This document shows positions 26,800 to 39,800 of a DNA stretch of 64,000 nucleotides, piece after piece. The stretch is taken from NCBI RefSeq assembly GCF_001194135.2, contig NC_068982.1, forward strand, positions 192,171,612 to 192,235,611. The letters run 5' to 3'. The translations under genes and the position numbers were made by a program. The first letter of the stretch is position 1, and each line of letters begins with the position of its first letter. The notes under the pieces were generated by a model. It made no database searches. It was not told the DNA's origin and saw nothing but the letters and a program-made list of their open reading frames with translations. Source of the DNA: Octopus bimaculoides (lineage: Eukaryota).

Positions 26800-27000
26800 C
26801 CCTTTTAATACCAACTTGTCTAAGACTACCTCGGGTTCTATGCCAACTTCTTGTTTAAAATCTTCCAAAATTTCATGTTAATCTATGTTCAAAATACCAG
26901 CTTAATAATGACAAAGTTATTTTTACTAAATTCTTTATCAATTTGAAAATTAACTAAAGCAATAGTACCGTATTTCAATAGAAATATAGCAATGAAAGGG
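26800..27000. mobile_element. piggyBac-type MITE (second family)
   Basis: ATAA|CCCTTTT...GAAAGGG|TTAA; internal sequence similar to 5745-5878. Confidence 0.6.
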
Positions 27001-27191
27001 TTAAACAAAATTGAGCTGAGGGAAATAACTGAGATGGATTAAGATAAATCAGGTGTTGATGTACCGAATGATGTATACAATACTTAATGAAATAATAATT
27101 CTTTCAGTTGGAGAAAGAAAGCAAATACCTAGTGACAAATGTTTACTATTTTAGGGAAAAATACTTTAGATCATTACAAAATGTTCACAAA

Positions 27192-27361
27192 GCGCAGGAG
27201 TGGCTGTGTGGTAAGTAGCTTGCTTACCAACCACATGGTTCCGGGTTCAGTCCCACTGCGTGGCACCTTGGGCAAGTGTCTTCTACTATCGCCTCAGACC
27301 GACCAAAGCCTTGTGAGTGGATTTGGTAGACAGAAACTGAAAGAAGCCCGTCGTATATATG

Positions 27362-27400
<39 letters not shown>

Positions 27401-27591
27401 TTGTCCCCCACCATCGCTTGACATCCAATGGTGGTGTGTTTATGTCCCCGTAACCTAGCGGTTCGGCAAAAGAGACCGATAGAATAAGTACTAGGCTTCC
27501 AAAGAATAAGTCCTGGGGTCGATTTGCTCGACTAAAGGCAGTGCTCCAGCATGGCCGCAGTCAAATGACTGAAACAAGTAAAAGAGTAAAA
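27192..27591 (+). mobile_element. tRNA-derived CORE-like SINE (family A), best-preserved copy
   Basis: A-box-like TGGCTGTGTGGT (27201-27212), B-box-like GGGTTCAGTCCC (27243-27254), CACCTTGGGCAAGTGTCTT core, internal (TA)n(TG)n, tail CAGCATGGCCGCAGTCAAATGACTGAAACAAGTAAAAGAG. Other copies at ~16071-16525(+), 18471-18905(+), 39726-40108(+), 56451-56877(-), 58111-58493(+). Confidence 0.88.
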
Positions 27592-28159
27592 CTCAGATGA
27601 GACTAAACAGGGAAGATTAATCACTTCCACATTTGCTGCAACTCCTATCACCACCACCACCAAATGACAACTGACTGACTGGCACAACACAAGCTTCCTA
27701 TTCACTCTACCTTTTTAACTCCTATTAGGACCTATATTAACTCACTACACCTAAACCCACTTCTCTTCCTCATTAACTCTATAGACCCCCCCACATTAAC
27801 CATTCCTTTCTTCTCCAGAACAGCAACCCTATGGAATTCAACATTTTCCCAGCAGAAGACCAATGACACCATCGATGGGTGGATCCTCCACCAATCACAC
27901 AAATCTCTCAACTGAACATGAAAGGCACAAAAAGACAGGGGTCCAACCACATATCACAAGACTATTACATTATAGAATGCCTTCCAACCTCTCTGTCTGC
28001 ATGCTGTAAGAGTTTACTTGCAGGGTTGAAGTTAGGGAAGGGCACCCAGCCATAAAACACTACCTCAGAAAGTCTATCCAATTGTGGATGTAAAAAGTGT
28101 GTGTGCATTCCTGTATCTCTTTTTCAGATTCTAACAATGTCTAATATTATTTTCTATAC

Positions 28160-28410
28160 AGTCATTCAGCACCATTTAAGCGTGGCCATTGCCAGTACCG
28201 CCCGACTGGCCCTCGTGCCGGTGGCACGTAAAAAGCACCCACTACACTCTCGGAGTGGTTGGCATTAAGAAGGGCATCCAGCTGTAGAAACTTTGCCAGA
28301 TCAGATTGGAGCCTGGTGCAGCCTTCAGGCTCGCCAGCCCTCAATCAAATCATCCAACCCATACCAGCATAGAAAGCTGACGTTAAACAACGATGATGAT
28401 GATGATGATA
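28160..28410 (+). mobile_element. Solo RTE 3'-tail module, well preserved
   Basis: GGCACGTAAAAAGCACCCACTACACTCTCGGAGTGGTTGGCATTAAGAAGGGCATCCAGCTGTAGAAAC...GACGTTAAACAACGATGATGAT. About 20 related pieces occur in the window. Confidence 0.8.
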
Positions 28411-30877
28411 CTGGAACAAATTAGAAATAAATAATTGGGAAATTTCCAGTTACACTTGTAAAAATATTTTTCATTTTAAATATTAGAAAAATCTACTTTA
28501 TTAGCAGAATTTCTCTCTTTTGTATTAAAACTATTTACCGACAAACAATATCTAAAATAAAACCTATTTCTCTCAGTAACAGAAGTTATCAACATTATTT
28601 TGATGTATTAAATGATTTACCTGAAATTAAATCATTTTGATGTAATGAGAAGAGTTATCAAGGCTTCAACGGGCAAGCAGTGTCAAAAATAATAAGAGTG
28701 TCGCTAAAGGATAGATTCAGCCATTGATAGCAACTTTAAAGCAGTGAAGCTATCTGTGGTTGATGAATATTATTATTTTCAGGAGGATCAATATCAAACC
28801 TCGTTAAACGTTGATTTAACTGTGGACTTAACTCCACAAACACACAATACTCATATTCATTTGAGATATTTATATCTAACTTCCACCATCCTACTAAACT
28901 TCTGCTGATTTCCAACATATTGCACAACAAAATACACACACACTAACAAAACAATTAGGTCAGAACAGATACTTTTGTAGCTATCTGGTAGATTAATTCC
29001 CGTCCATTGCAATCATTTGAATTTCCAGGACTTCAACTGTTGACTCTAGGCATGTCAAATATTAAACATTATTTAAAAAAAAAAAAAAAGACCAGTCTAA
29101 TTAATTATTTCGCTTCTTTGTAGGCTGAGGCTAGAACACTTCAACTGTATACAAATAATTTTTGATAGACAAAAGGAGAAGAACCCCACCCCCACCCCCG
29201 TGAGCTTATTTTAAATACATAAATTCTGAAAAGTAAACAAAAACACAGGGGTATCAGATGACAGATATTACAAGGGCAGTTTACAATGTGATGGTGGGAG
29301 GAATAAAGGGAGAGGAGGGTGAAATGAGGTATAATAATAATGGAAGGTGAGTTAAGCATGTCATTCTGCCGCCACGCCACGTGGCAAATATGATCAGCTG
29401 CAAGGAAATGTAACATTACAGGTCAGCAAATTAAATCTAAACATTGTGGGTTACACCTTTGCAGTTAATTAGTTTAATTGTAAATTGATAAATAAAACAA
29501 TATTTTCTAGAACATAACTAATAGAAAAGAAATTTATTGCCTCTCAGTATAACATTGAACATATTTATATTTCATATTATGACCTTATACTTGTCTTTCT
29601 CTCAATATTTTGAATTTAATTTTTACTATTGAATATTGTGTAAATTTAGACACTAATTTAATTATAATATTTAATATTTAAAATGACAGAAACCATGACT
29701 ATCAGTCTAAACCAAATCTATAATCACAGTTGTTCAAGCCATCACCACCCACTATTTTAAAATGATTATAGTGTTGATGGAATTACTTTTATTTTAAAGG
29801 CAGTTGATATAAAATACACAAACTATTTCAAGCAGGTCAATTCTCTTCAATTTCTATTGTTTGTTTATGTATGTAAACTGGAAGTATACTCAAGCACCAA
29901 TGATTGAAATCTATGTATATGCAGTCGTAATTAACATGTTCATGTAAAAATACACCACTGGGTTTGTTGGGCACGAACAGGCCAGTGGTGTACTTTTTAT
30001 ACATTTTAACAATTTCCCTTACACAGAATTTATCTGAGACAATTTCCACCATAGAGGCCTTCCCAAATGTACACACACACACATCATGTCTTGTAGTAGT
30101 CCTCTGTGTCTGTGCAGGTGTCAGTGAATTATAAACACTAGTTGTTCTACACAGAAAGTAATTGTTGATAAATTAAAACTTAGTTGCCACGCTTCCAGTC
30201 AACACCCCACCCTTATGCAAACTGACCAATAATGAAAAGCATTTCAGCCACGATTCCAATTTTTATCTTGAATGGACAACATTCAATCTGTCTAGTGTGA
30301 AACTAAGAATTTAGCTGCTATTTCTAGCAAATGGAACAACCATATACAAGATGTTTAAACAACAATTAGCCAAATAAGAGTCGTCAATGTTTGGCCACAA
30401 GTCTGACTACCCTTATTGAGAAGACCTATCAGAGTCAGTCCATACACGACCATCTCTTTTTTTTGCATATCTTAGACAAGGTGTCGTTTCTTTTTCAAGA
30501 TGGTAGTATGTGATTTGAGGGAAATGTGGCTGCTATTTCTAGCACATAAGACGACCACAGAGAGAGCCATAAATAAATAAAATATAAACTGTGATAAGGT
30601 TTACGAAGCAAGTTTTATGAATTCTAGTTTCTTCCATTGTTTGATTTGGTGAACCACTTGTTCTGGGGAAAGAGTCAACAGACTCCGACACTTGACTGAT
30701 ATTTTATTGAGCTCGGAAAGAAGAAAATCAAATCCTCATTGGTTCCAATCATTTCTAGCTACTTTTAAACTTCAAATTCCATTGAGGTCCACTTCAATTT
30801 CCATTGCTCCGAGATAGTTATACACAACATCAATCTCTTCCACCATTGGTAGCTTTCTTAGAAATCAATATTAATAA

Positions 30878-31265
30878 ACAAGTGCAGCTGTGTGGTTAAC
30901 GAGCTTGCTTTGCAGCCATATGGTCTCAAGTTCAGTCTCACTGCATGGCACGTTGGGCAAGTGTTTTGTATTATAGTCCCAGGCCAAGCCTTGTGAGTGG
31001 GAAACAGAAAGAAACCCGTCATGTACATGTGTATGTACGCTTATCTTGACATCACATGATGATTGTAAATGAGCATCACTGTCATACAAGCCTTGTTGTT
31101 TCCAGTCCCCTTGAAAAATATGTCTGACCATGGGATATATTATCTTGTTTGGAAACAGGTGAGAGTTGGCAACAGAAAGGGCACCAGGCTGCAGAAGATT
31201 TGCCTCAACAAATTCCACGTAACCCAATGCAAGCACGGAAAAGGGGAAGTTAAATGATAAGGATG
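30878..31265 (+). mobile_element. SINE family B (family A head with an RTE-like tail)
   Basis: Head and core as family A; 3' part GGAAACAGGTGAGAGTTGG...AGAAAGGGCACC...AAGCACGGAAAA...GTTAAATGAT. Other copies at ~59311-59700(+) and ~59735-60090(-). Confidence 0.7.
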
Positions 31266-31680
31266 TTATTTCAAGACTGGGTATAATCCACCCCTGTCAC
31301 AAGAGACTCAAAACAGCTTTGAAGTTGTGGACTCAGATTTGTTGTTTAACCTTTAGCCCATGTTTGTAGAGCATGTCTATTATCATTGGCAGTCTAGTCA
31401 CAACCATCCTGTCATTTTTTTTCTTAGAGTGTGATTGGTGGAAATTTGATTGCTATCTGTAGAAGTCAAAAGCTTTACTGACATAAGAAATAGCTAACAA
31501 TCTTCACAATTGACACAAGGGCACTAACAAAGCATAAGGTTGAGAAAGCATGACAAAGCTGAAATCAGTAAAAGGTGGTATTATAGGAGTGGTAGAGGGT
31601 AAGAGACCTGTAAACCAGTGGAAGGGGAATAAGTGAAAGACAGTGACAGAATGTGAATAGGCGTGTGAATAAAAACCTGA

Positions 31681-31754
31681 GACCACCTCTCTAGAGAGAG
31701 AGACCTGTGCTAATATAGACCACCTCTCTAGAGAGAGAGACCTGTGCTAATATA
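31681..31754. repeat. Perfect 37-bp tandem duplication
   Basis: GACCACCTCTCTAGAGAGAGAGACCTGTGCTAATATA x2, plus a partial third unit. Confidence 0.9.
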
Positions 31755-31854
31755 GATCCTCTCTCAAAAAAAAAAAAAGGAGTAAATATAGTCAGGAAAA
31801 CAAAAACCTTTATTTGAACACAAAAGTAAAGAAAAAGAAAAAGAAAATATAAAA

Positions 31855-32910
31855 ACTGAGGTGTGGAAGCAAGTTCTAGAATCAAAGGTCCTTAGAGTGA
31901 ATTTAGCAAAAACCAAAGTCTTAATAAGTAGGAAGGCAGACAAATCGCAAATCCCTTCAGGCAGACAGCCCTGCCTGATCTGTAGAAAAGGTGTAGATAC
32001 AAACTCCATAAGATGTACCTGGTGTAAGTTATGGACACATAAGTGGTACAGCAATATCAAAGGAATGCTAACTGGGAAGATAGCTTTTGTGTGTGGCAAA
32101 TGCACAAGGGCAATAAACCGTATGACGCATGTGTGGGACCAACCATGCTACATGGCAGTGAAACATGGGTTGTGACTGCTGAGGACATGCGTAAGCTTGC
32201 AAGAAATGAAGCTGGTATGTTCCGCTGGATGTGTAATGTCAGTGTGCATACATGACAGAGCGTAAGTGTCCTGAGAGAAAAGTTGGACATAAGAAGCATC
32301 AGATGTGGTGTGCAAGAGAGACGACTGCACTGGAATGGTCATGTGATGCATATGGATGAGGACAGCTGTGTCAAAAAGGGTCACACACTAACAGTGGAGG
32401 GAACCTGTGGAAGAAGTAGACTCAGGAAGAATGTTGGGCCTCATGGAGGCAATGACAAGTGACTGAGACTTTTGAAGATATGCTGTGCTTGAGAAGACCC
32501 AGCAAGCCAAGTGAGACCGTAATTGTGGCCCACGCCAGTGTAGCATAACCGGCCCATTTAAGAGTACCTTTCAGTCATTGGGCAATAAACTGTGCTTGAG
32601 AAGACCTGTTGAGTCAAGTGAAATTGTTGTGGCTGATACCAGTGCCGCCTGACTGGCACCCATACTGGTGGCACGTGCTAAGAGCACCATTCAGGTGTGG
32701 TTGATGCCAGTGCAGCCTGACTGGTCCCTGGCCAGTGGCACCTAAAAAGAATACCCTACACTCTCAGAGTGGTTGGTGTCAGGAAGGGCATCCAGCTGTA
32801 GAAACCTTGCCAGATCAGATTGGAGCCTGGTGCAGTCTTCTGGCTCACCAATCCTCAGTCAAACCGTCCAACCCATACCAGCATGGAAAGCGGACATATG
32901 ATGATGATGA
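31855..32910 (+). mobile_element. 5'-truncated RTE LINE (end of RT, PHD-like motif, C-terminus, tandem-repeat UTR, (GAT)n)
   Basis: VWKQVLESKVLRVNLAKTKVL...PCLICRKGVDTNSIRCTWCKLWTHK...CGKC...YDACV...QERRLHWNGHV. Confidence 0.88.
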
Positions 32911-33554
32911 AACAAACAAAGTCGTTGCTTGCATAATGAAGTGGTTTATTAAGAGAAAAAGAAAGAAGTTGCCACATTGATGCATTTCCCCAAAGGAATT
33001 AGGAAGTGATACACCCTGAACTGAGAGTCAACAATCAGGTTGCTGACTAAAGAAATAATGTATTCCTGTAACGAAACCAGAACTACAATCAAAGTTATTC
33101 CAATCAGGATCATCTCACCCCGTTAAGGGTATGTGTCACTACATGATCTAATGTTTCCCTTTTTAGGTGATATAATGTGATATAAAAGATGTTTGGTTGC
33201 TATTTCTAGCTAGTCAAGCAACCAAGTAGACCAGTGGTTCTCAACCTTTCTAATATCCAGATTAGATGCAAAACCTGAAATTTTTTTGGGGGGTAGTTGA
33301 TTACATTGACTCCAGTGTTATTATAACTGTCTATACAAGGCCTGAATTTGTGGGGGAGGGGGGGCTTGTCAATTACATTGACACCACCCCCTAACTGGTA
33401 CTTATTTTATGAACTCCAAAAGGATGAAAGATAACGTTAACCTTGCCTCGACAGAATTTGAACTCAGAACTTAAAATCAGATGAAATGCCACTAAGCATT
33501 TTGCTTGGTCTGCTAATGATTCTGCCAGGAATCATCATTATTTAATAAGTAATC

Positions 33555-34062
33555 AAAAAGAGAGCAGAGGCAGGTATTTCTATGCTTTTGTGGCTGTGGC
33601 AAAAGAGGCATGGCATGAATCTGTGTGGTGGACCCATCTGAAGGGTTTGAAGATGAGGACTTTCTTATTTGACCAAACTCTCATCATTATTTGAAGAGGA
33701 AGGTGAGGGTAGAGGGAAAGGTGCTACCTTCTAGTGTATTTATTGAAAAGTGGATGAGACAGGAAAGACAGGTGAGGCTGAATGGGGCTACTCTGAGCAT
33801 GCTTTTCCAACTAAGAGGATACCTTCCATGCCTTTTGAGACGGCAGAGTAATGCCAAACATTTTGCGTGGGGAGTTTCCCCAAATTACCTTCAGTGAACT
33901 CAGCCACAATTGGGGATTCTATTTATTTATTTTTCTGAATTCCATTTATATACCTTTTCTGTTTTTTTTTCCATTTTTCATTGATGTAAACATCTTTTTG
34001 CATGTTGCATTTCATCTTTTGATGTAGTCCTCAATGTCTTGCTCTTTTGGCCAATAAAAGAA
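33555..34062 (+). mobile_element. Tx1/L1-clade LINE 3' end
   Basis: VAVAKE...VWWTHLKG...LKRKVRVEGKVL...FIEKW resembles a Tx1 ORF2 C-terminus; T-rich UTR ending CAATAAAAGAAA. Confidence 0.55.
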
Positions 34063-34649
34063 ATCATCATCATCATTATTATTGATTTCAGATATATGTT
34101 GTTACAAGTCCTCAGAGTTAAAGAGAGAAAGCTATGTAACAATTCCTATTGTTATCAATAACATTAAAGAAGGTAGAGTGTTGATAGAGCTGGTCCTGAA
34201 CTAAATGATTTTGTTTTCATTGTTGTTCAACTCCACATTAGTCTTGATCCAGTACATTTACGATCAAAGCCTTTCCGGCAATGACTATCCTGTTTTGCTG
34301 TACATTTGAGACAACAATGTGCAATGTGTCCTTTGTTTCAGAGGGATAATGCAGCTGGCTGATGCTTTTGTTTTTAAACCATGGAGAGTTCCCAGAAGGT
34401 ATGCTTAGTTTTTTTTGAGTCTTGACAATTTGGGTTCAAATCTTGTTGGGGTTAACTTTGTTTTTCATCTTTCTGGAGTCATTATGTACCAATTTCATTT
34501 ATCATCATCATCATCATCATCATCGTCGTTTAACGTCCGCTTTCCATGCTAGCATGGGTTGGACGATTTGACTGAGGACTCATTGACTGTCATATTTGCC
34601 ATCAAATAGCAATGTTTGACTTTGTGCTAAAGTAAGAGATTATCATTGT

Positions 34650-35000
34650 TTGGACATCTGCAAGTAGCTGTGTCAAAGGTAAATCACCTGACTTAGATGG
34701 TCTTGCTCTACATGCGTTCTGGGTACATGTTAGACTTGTTCACCCTTCTATCATAATTGACAACAACATGGGAACATTGCTACTAGTATTAGCTAATGAG
34801 CAGTGGACACGAAAGGAAGGGGTGACATCATTAACAATTTCCAGCCCATCAATCTGCCAAATAAGACATTTACAATGTCTGCCAAGGTACTCAAGAATTT
34901 GGTAGTTTTTGTTGGTAGTGTGATCCGGATCAAGCAAACAACCTATGCAATCACACTAGATCTATTCCTGACTAACTCCCCCACCTGTGATACATAAAAG
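34650..35000 (+). mobile_element. Tx1/L1-clade RT fragment
   Basis: KGKSPDLDGL...KGRGDIINNFQPINLPNKTFTMSAKVL resembles KSPGPDG...NYRPISLLNTDYKILAKVL. Confidence 0.65.
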
Positions 35001-36499
35001 ATCTGGTGGTTCATAAACCTAGCTTTGGTGTGGGCTCTGATACATTTAGAACAATCCAAAGCCTTCAATGTATAATTATCAGTATAGGTGATGAGCTAAT
35101 GCAATTATTAGCACACCAAATGAAATGCTTAATGACGTTTCTCACAGCTTTATGTATTGAGTTCAAATTCTGCTGAGGTTAAATTTGCTTTCATACTTTT
35201 GGGGGTTGATAAAATAAGAACCAGTTGAGGACTGGGATCAATGCAATTAATTTACCACTCTCCCTCAAAACTGCTGTCCTTATGTCTATAGTAAAAAGAA
35301 TTATTATTATTATAATTCTGAGTGGAGAGATAGATATAAGTACAATATAATAAAAGAACAAAAAAGTATAAAAACTACAAGTACAGGCACAACACACACC
35401 CACACAAGAAGCAATGTTACTTGATAAAGCTTTTCTTGCCAGCAGTAATCCAAGGATTATCCATGCAATAACGAAACTATTTGATGTGTTGTAGAAGATA
35501 ACAAAGACCCACCACCCCACTCACTGTCAAACAATAGAAATATTGGTGTTGTAATTATAATAATTATTAGTTTCTATTCCTGTTTTCTCAAGACTCAATT
35601 GCAAGTAAGCCTCCTCCATTTTCGGAATGTCTTCATGGGAAATATAGAATCGATTGCTATTATAGTTTTAGTTAATAGATGACTAGAACAGAAATAGTTG
35701 TTGTTGTTGTTGGTGGTGGTGGTGGTGGTGGTGAGGGTGAGTTTTATTTCATGCAACAAAACACCAGATAGCAATGGCAGGGAAACAAAGGTGGACAAGT
35801 TGTAAATATGGTGAGAAAGCATATTTAGGTAGGTGATGGATGAGGTGGGTCAGTGATAGAGATATGATGGGTGGTGGGGAAGGCTTAAGGATGAGAGAGA
35901 GAGAGAGAGAGAGAGCAATGATGTATGGTTGGGTAGGTTGCAAAGTGAAAGTAAAGATGGCCAGTGGTGGTGAAGGAGAGATAATTTGATGGACGAGGAG
36001 AGTGAACCATGAGCAATGTGGGTAGAAAAGGCAATCTTAAGTATGAAGGATCGATATCAAGTGAGATGGTATCAAAGAAGAAGGATAGTGAGAAAGATAA
36101 ATGGTATCAGAGAAAAGTTTTATAGCAGCAGAATACTAAAGAGATGACGAGTGGAGGGAATGTCTTGAGGAGAAAAATGAGCAAGGGGCCCAACTGTGAA
36201 TATATACACATTGTGCTTCCAGAGTCTTAGTTTAGACGAGCAAAGCTTTTCAAGCACTGAATATTTTCCAGTCATCCTGCTCCATTTTCCCAGGTTTGCA
36301 CGAGTTAGATAAATGTTATTTGAGGTGTGGTTTTACAGCTTGATTTCCTTCCTGATGCTAACCTTCTTCACCTGTTTATCAGGTAAGGGATCACAAACAC
36401 CACACAGCTTCAAATGCACAAAATGCTTGGATCTACTGTTAAAAGAAACATCATTGACCACTTTCATACAAACTAACATAGATGTAGACACACACACAT

Positions 36500-36785
36500 A
36501 ATAAGAAATGCACAAAACAATATCCACTTAGACTACTTGGACTGGCCTAACACAATCACTGGATCTCAATATAATCAAACATTTATAGAGTGCTTTGGAG
36601 CAGCAAGTGAGTGGCTGCATCTCTCTGCCATTGTTGCAGTGAGAATGGCTCAAAATTCCTCAAACAACTGTTCAGAACCAGTAATGAGTCAATTCCTTCA
36701 CATATGAAAACTGTGATTGATGCCAAAAGGAGGACCAACTCTATTTTTAACAAGATATTTGCATTGTTTTATCCAACCCTTATAT
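36500..36785 (+). mobile_element. Tc1 (DD34E) transposase C-terminal remnant
   Basis: Frameshifted LDW-QSLDLNIIKHL...EWLKIPQTTVQN...SIPSHMKTVIDAK, cf. WPAQSPDLNPIEHLW...EW.KIP...AVI.AKGG.T. Confidence 0.7.
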
Positions 36786-36794
36786 GTATGAATG

Positions 36795-36830
<36 letters not shown>

Positions 36831-39800
36831 ATGTTCATATCTCTCTACATAGTAATGTCCAAAGACTCTTCTGTACATCCTATGTAATCCATTTGATAGT
36901 AAAGCTAGCTTGTTAACAACATAAACACACACACACACTGCCAACATAAGAAGGAGTGTTGAATACCATGGCATTAACCTTTTTATGAACCGAAGAGGTT
37001 ATTTGAGAATGAAGCAAAGTCTGTTTCTGTTTGCCACCAGCTGAGAGGTCTGAGCTGAACACAGAGGTGCAACTGTGCATTTTCAAAAGTGGGATGAATG
37101 GGTTGAGGGTTTGTGGAGTTCTTAAAGAATTAAGTGAAGGGGAAAAAAGGTAAACGCTTTCAGATTTCACTCAGAGGAAAAAATGGCCATGAGGAGAGAG
37201 AGAGAGAAACACCAAGGAACCTCTCCAACCTAGTATATATAGGAGTGAAATCTCTTGAAAAAAAGAGAAACACATTAGATAATGTAGTTCTAGATGTGCA
37301 AAGCCCACAAGAAAAAACTGGATGGTCAAAGCTCATCAGGTTTACATGATAAGGGCTGAAGTAAGGCTAATCAACAATAAACATGGACAGAGAGAAAGAT
37401 AGAAAGCAGAGTTTTCTAGAGAGAAGAGGATTGCAGAGAGGACAAGGGTGAGAATAAAATAGGCAACATCAAAAAGCAAACAAACATGTATACAGACACA
37501 TACATGCTAACAAACACACATGTATGTGTATATACATATACACACACACACAGAGTAATCCGTAGTAGTCTGTCATAGCAATCATTGAAATATGCAGGCA
37601 GTACATATTTAGTGCTTAGAGATAGTTTCTATATGAAAATAAGAGAGGATGGTCACAGATTGAATCTTTCTGGTCAGTCTAGTTGATCAGAACTAAATTG
37701 TAACAAAAATTAACAATAATGACACACATACACACACAAGGCAATTGTTGGGGTAAAAGGTGTATAAAACAAGGGGAACAACACTCGGAAATTGCTGTCT
37801 GACCAACAGCTGTTGCAGGGGTTGATATGAGAAGGATTTTCTAATTTTGACAATCTACTGACCATCTCTACTCTTTCAAAGCCTTGGCAGAATGAAAAAG
37901 TGAAAAGAATCAACAATGACCACAAGAACAGGAAAGTGGGTAGGAGCACCAATGATGAAATGAGGCAAGAAAATTTCAATTGAAATTACTTTGCTCGTCA
38001 TGAGGACAAGCTATATTTAATTAAATGATTCTGATCAAAAGGAAAGAAAAAGAACAAGAGAGAGACAACCATAAAATTTGATATCAGTTCATACAGAATA
38101 ACGGTGGGGAGTGAGTGTGTGACAATGTTAAATACGTTTCAGTCTTGTTAAACTTCCTCAGTTTAGAAGCAGCCTGACTATTAATAGGAGCCGAGTGGAT
38201 GAACACAAGATGTTATATGTCAAAAGAATGATTGAATGGAGAGGGCATATCAAGGGACACCTGCTGCATGGAAACTAAATAGCAGTTTATACATCTATGA
38301 AGTAAGCTAAAAAATACAGACACATATTTTTGTGCATACATTTTGACCTAAATTACAGCATTACCAAAATTAGTGTTTTGTGGTCATTCTTGAGAAAGAC
38401 ATGAATATAATCTCATTCGCCATCTCTTCTAAACATGTGACAATGACCAAGCCATAAACCTCACAACTTCCTCCTTTTCTTCTTCAAAAACTCAAAGACC
38501 CTTCTACAACTACACCGAAAATGAGTTTATGCCATGATAATTCCTGCCTCAAACAATTCTGCAATCAGGTTTCAATTCCCAATTAAATTTCAATCTTGTC
38601 CCTAAATCGACACAGCAAACACAGAAATAATTAATGCCTTACAATCTGTTTTTAAAGCAATCTTTCCCAACCATTTTTTGCCAATCAACCCCTTTGATTA
38701 TTTTACTTGGGTAGACCCTCATAATAAAATCCTATTATACTTTTATAATTAAGTATTATTAGGAATAGTATAAATAATTGTTAAAATATTTTGTGCATCG
38801 AACTGTAACCAATTTATTGTGTATAAACTTTAACAACAAAATCTTATCTGGACCCCCGATGAGAACCACCTTTTTAAAGGCATCTGTATTGCAAAGTCCA
38901 CACACAGCACACTGTTATGACGACAATAGCATCACTCCTTTCAATTGTCATCATCATCATTTAACATCTGTTTTCCATAATGGCATGGGTTGGATGGTTT
39001 GACAGGAGCTGGCCAGACTCCAATTGTCAGTTTTGGTATGGGTTCTATGGCTGGATGCCCTTTCTAATGCCAACCACTTCACAGAGTGTATCGACTACTT
39101 TTTACAGGCTACTGTCATGGGTGCATGTATGCAGCAGCAGCACCACCACAAGTGCATCTTACATGCCACTGGCACCTGCAAAGGTGCATGCCTGGATGGA
39201 TGGATGGAAGACAGCCATTGCACTTAGCTTGATGTACCTTCTCAAGTACAGCAAATTGCCACAATTCCCAGTCTCTTGTCATTTCTTCAGCATCTGAATA
39301 TCCTTTCTCATCATTTCATCTCACATCTTCCGGGGCCTACCTCTTCTACGGGGTTCTTTCCACAATTAGAAATAGTTCTTTAACCCTCCATCACACCTAA
39401 TGACCACTCCAACCACCAACATAATGTATTGAAGATCACGTTATCCAAAGTCTTTCAAGTTTGGAAGATGGCAGAGAAGAGTATGATCTCTTGCAGGTCA
39501 AGTAATCGTGTGTAGACATTCTCTCTTACACTTATCATCTGCTTTTCTATGTTGGAATGTGTTGGTCAGTTTAGTAATGGCCACATGCTGCCACAAGCCT
39601 GTGACACTCAATATGTGTTTGTTTAGTAATGTCCTATGTTGCTACAGGTCTGTTAGGCCCAATATCTCAACCAAGATATCTATGTTCAAATTCATATTGT
39701 GGTGGTGACCTCTCAGTTTATTCCAGGCATAGCTGGGTGGTTTAAGAAGCTTGCTTTCCAACCATATGGTTTGGGGTTTAGCCCCCTCCCTCTTCCCTTG

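Noticed and set aside
27192-27265. Possible tRNA gene
   Set aside because: A/B boxes are present but there is no full cloverleaf or terminator; it continues into a SINE core and tail and is multicopy.
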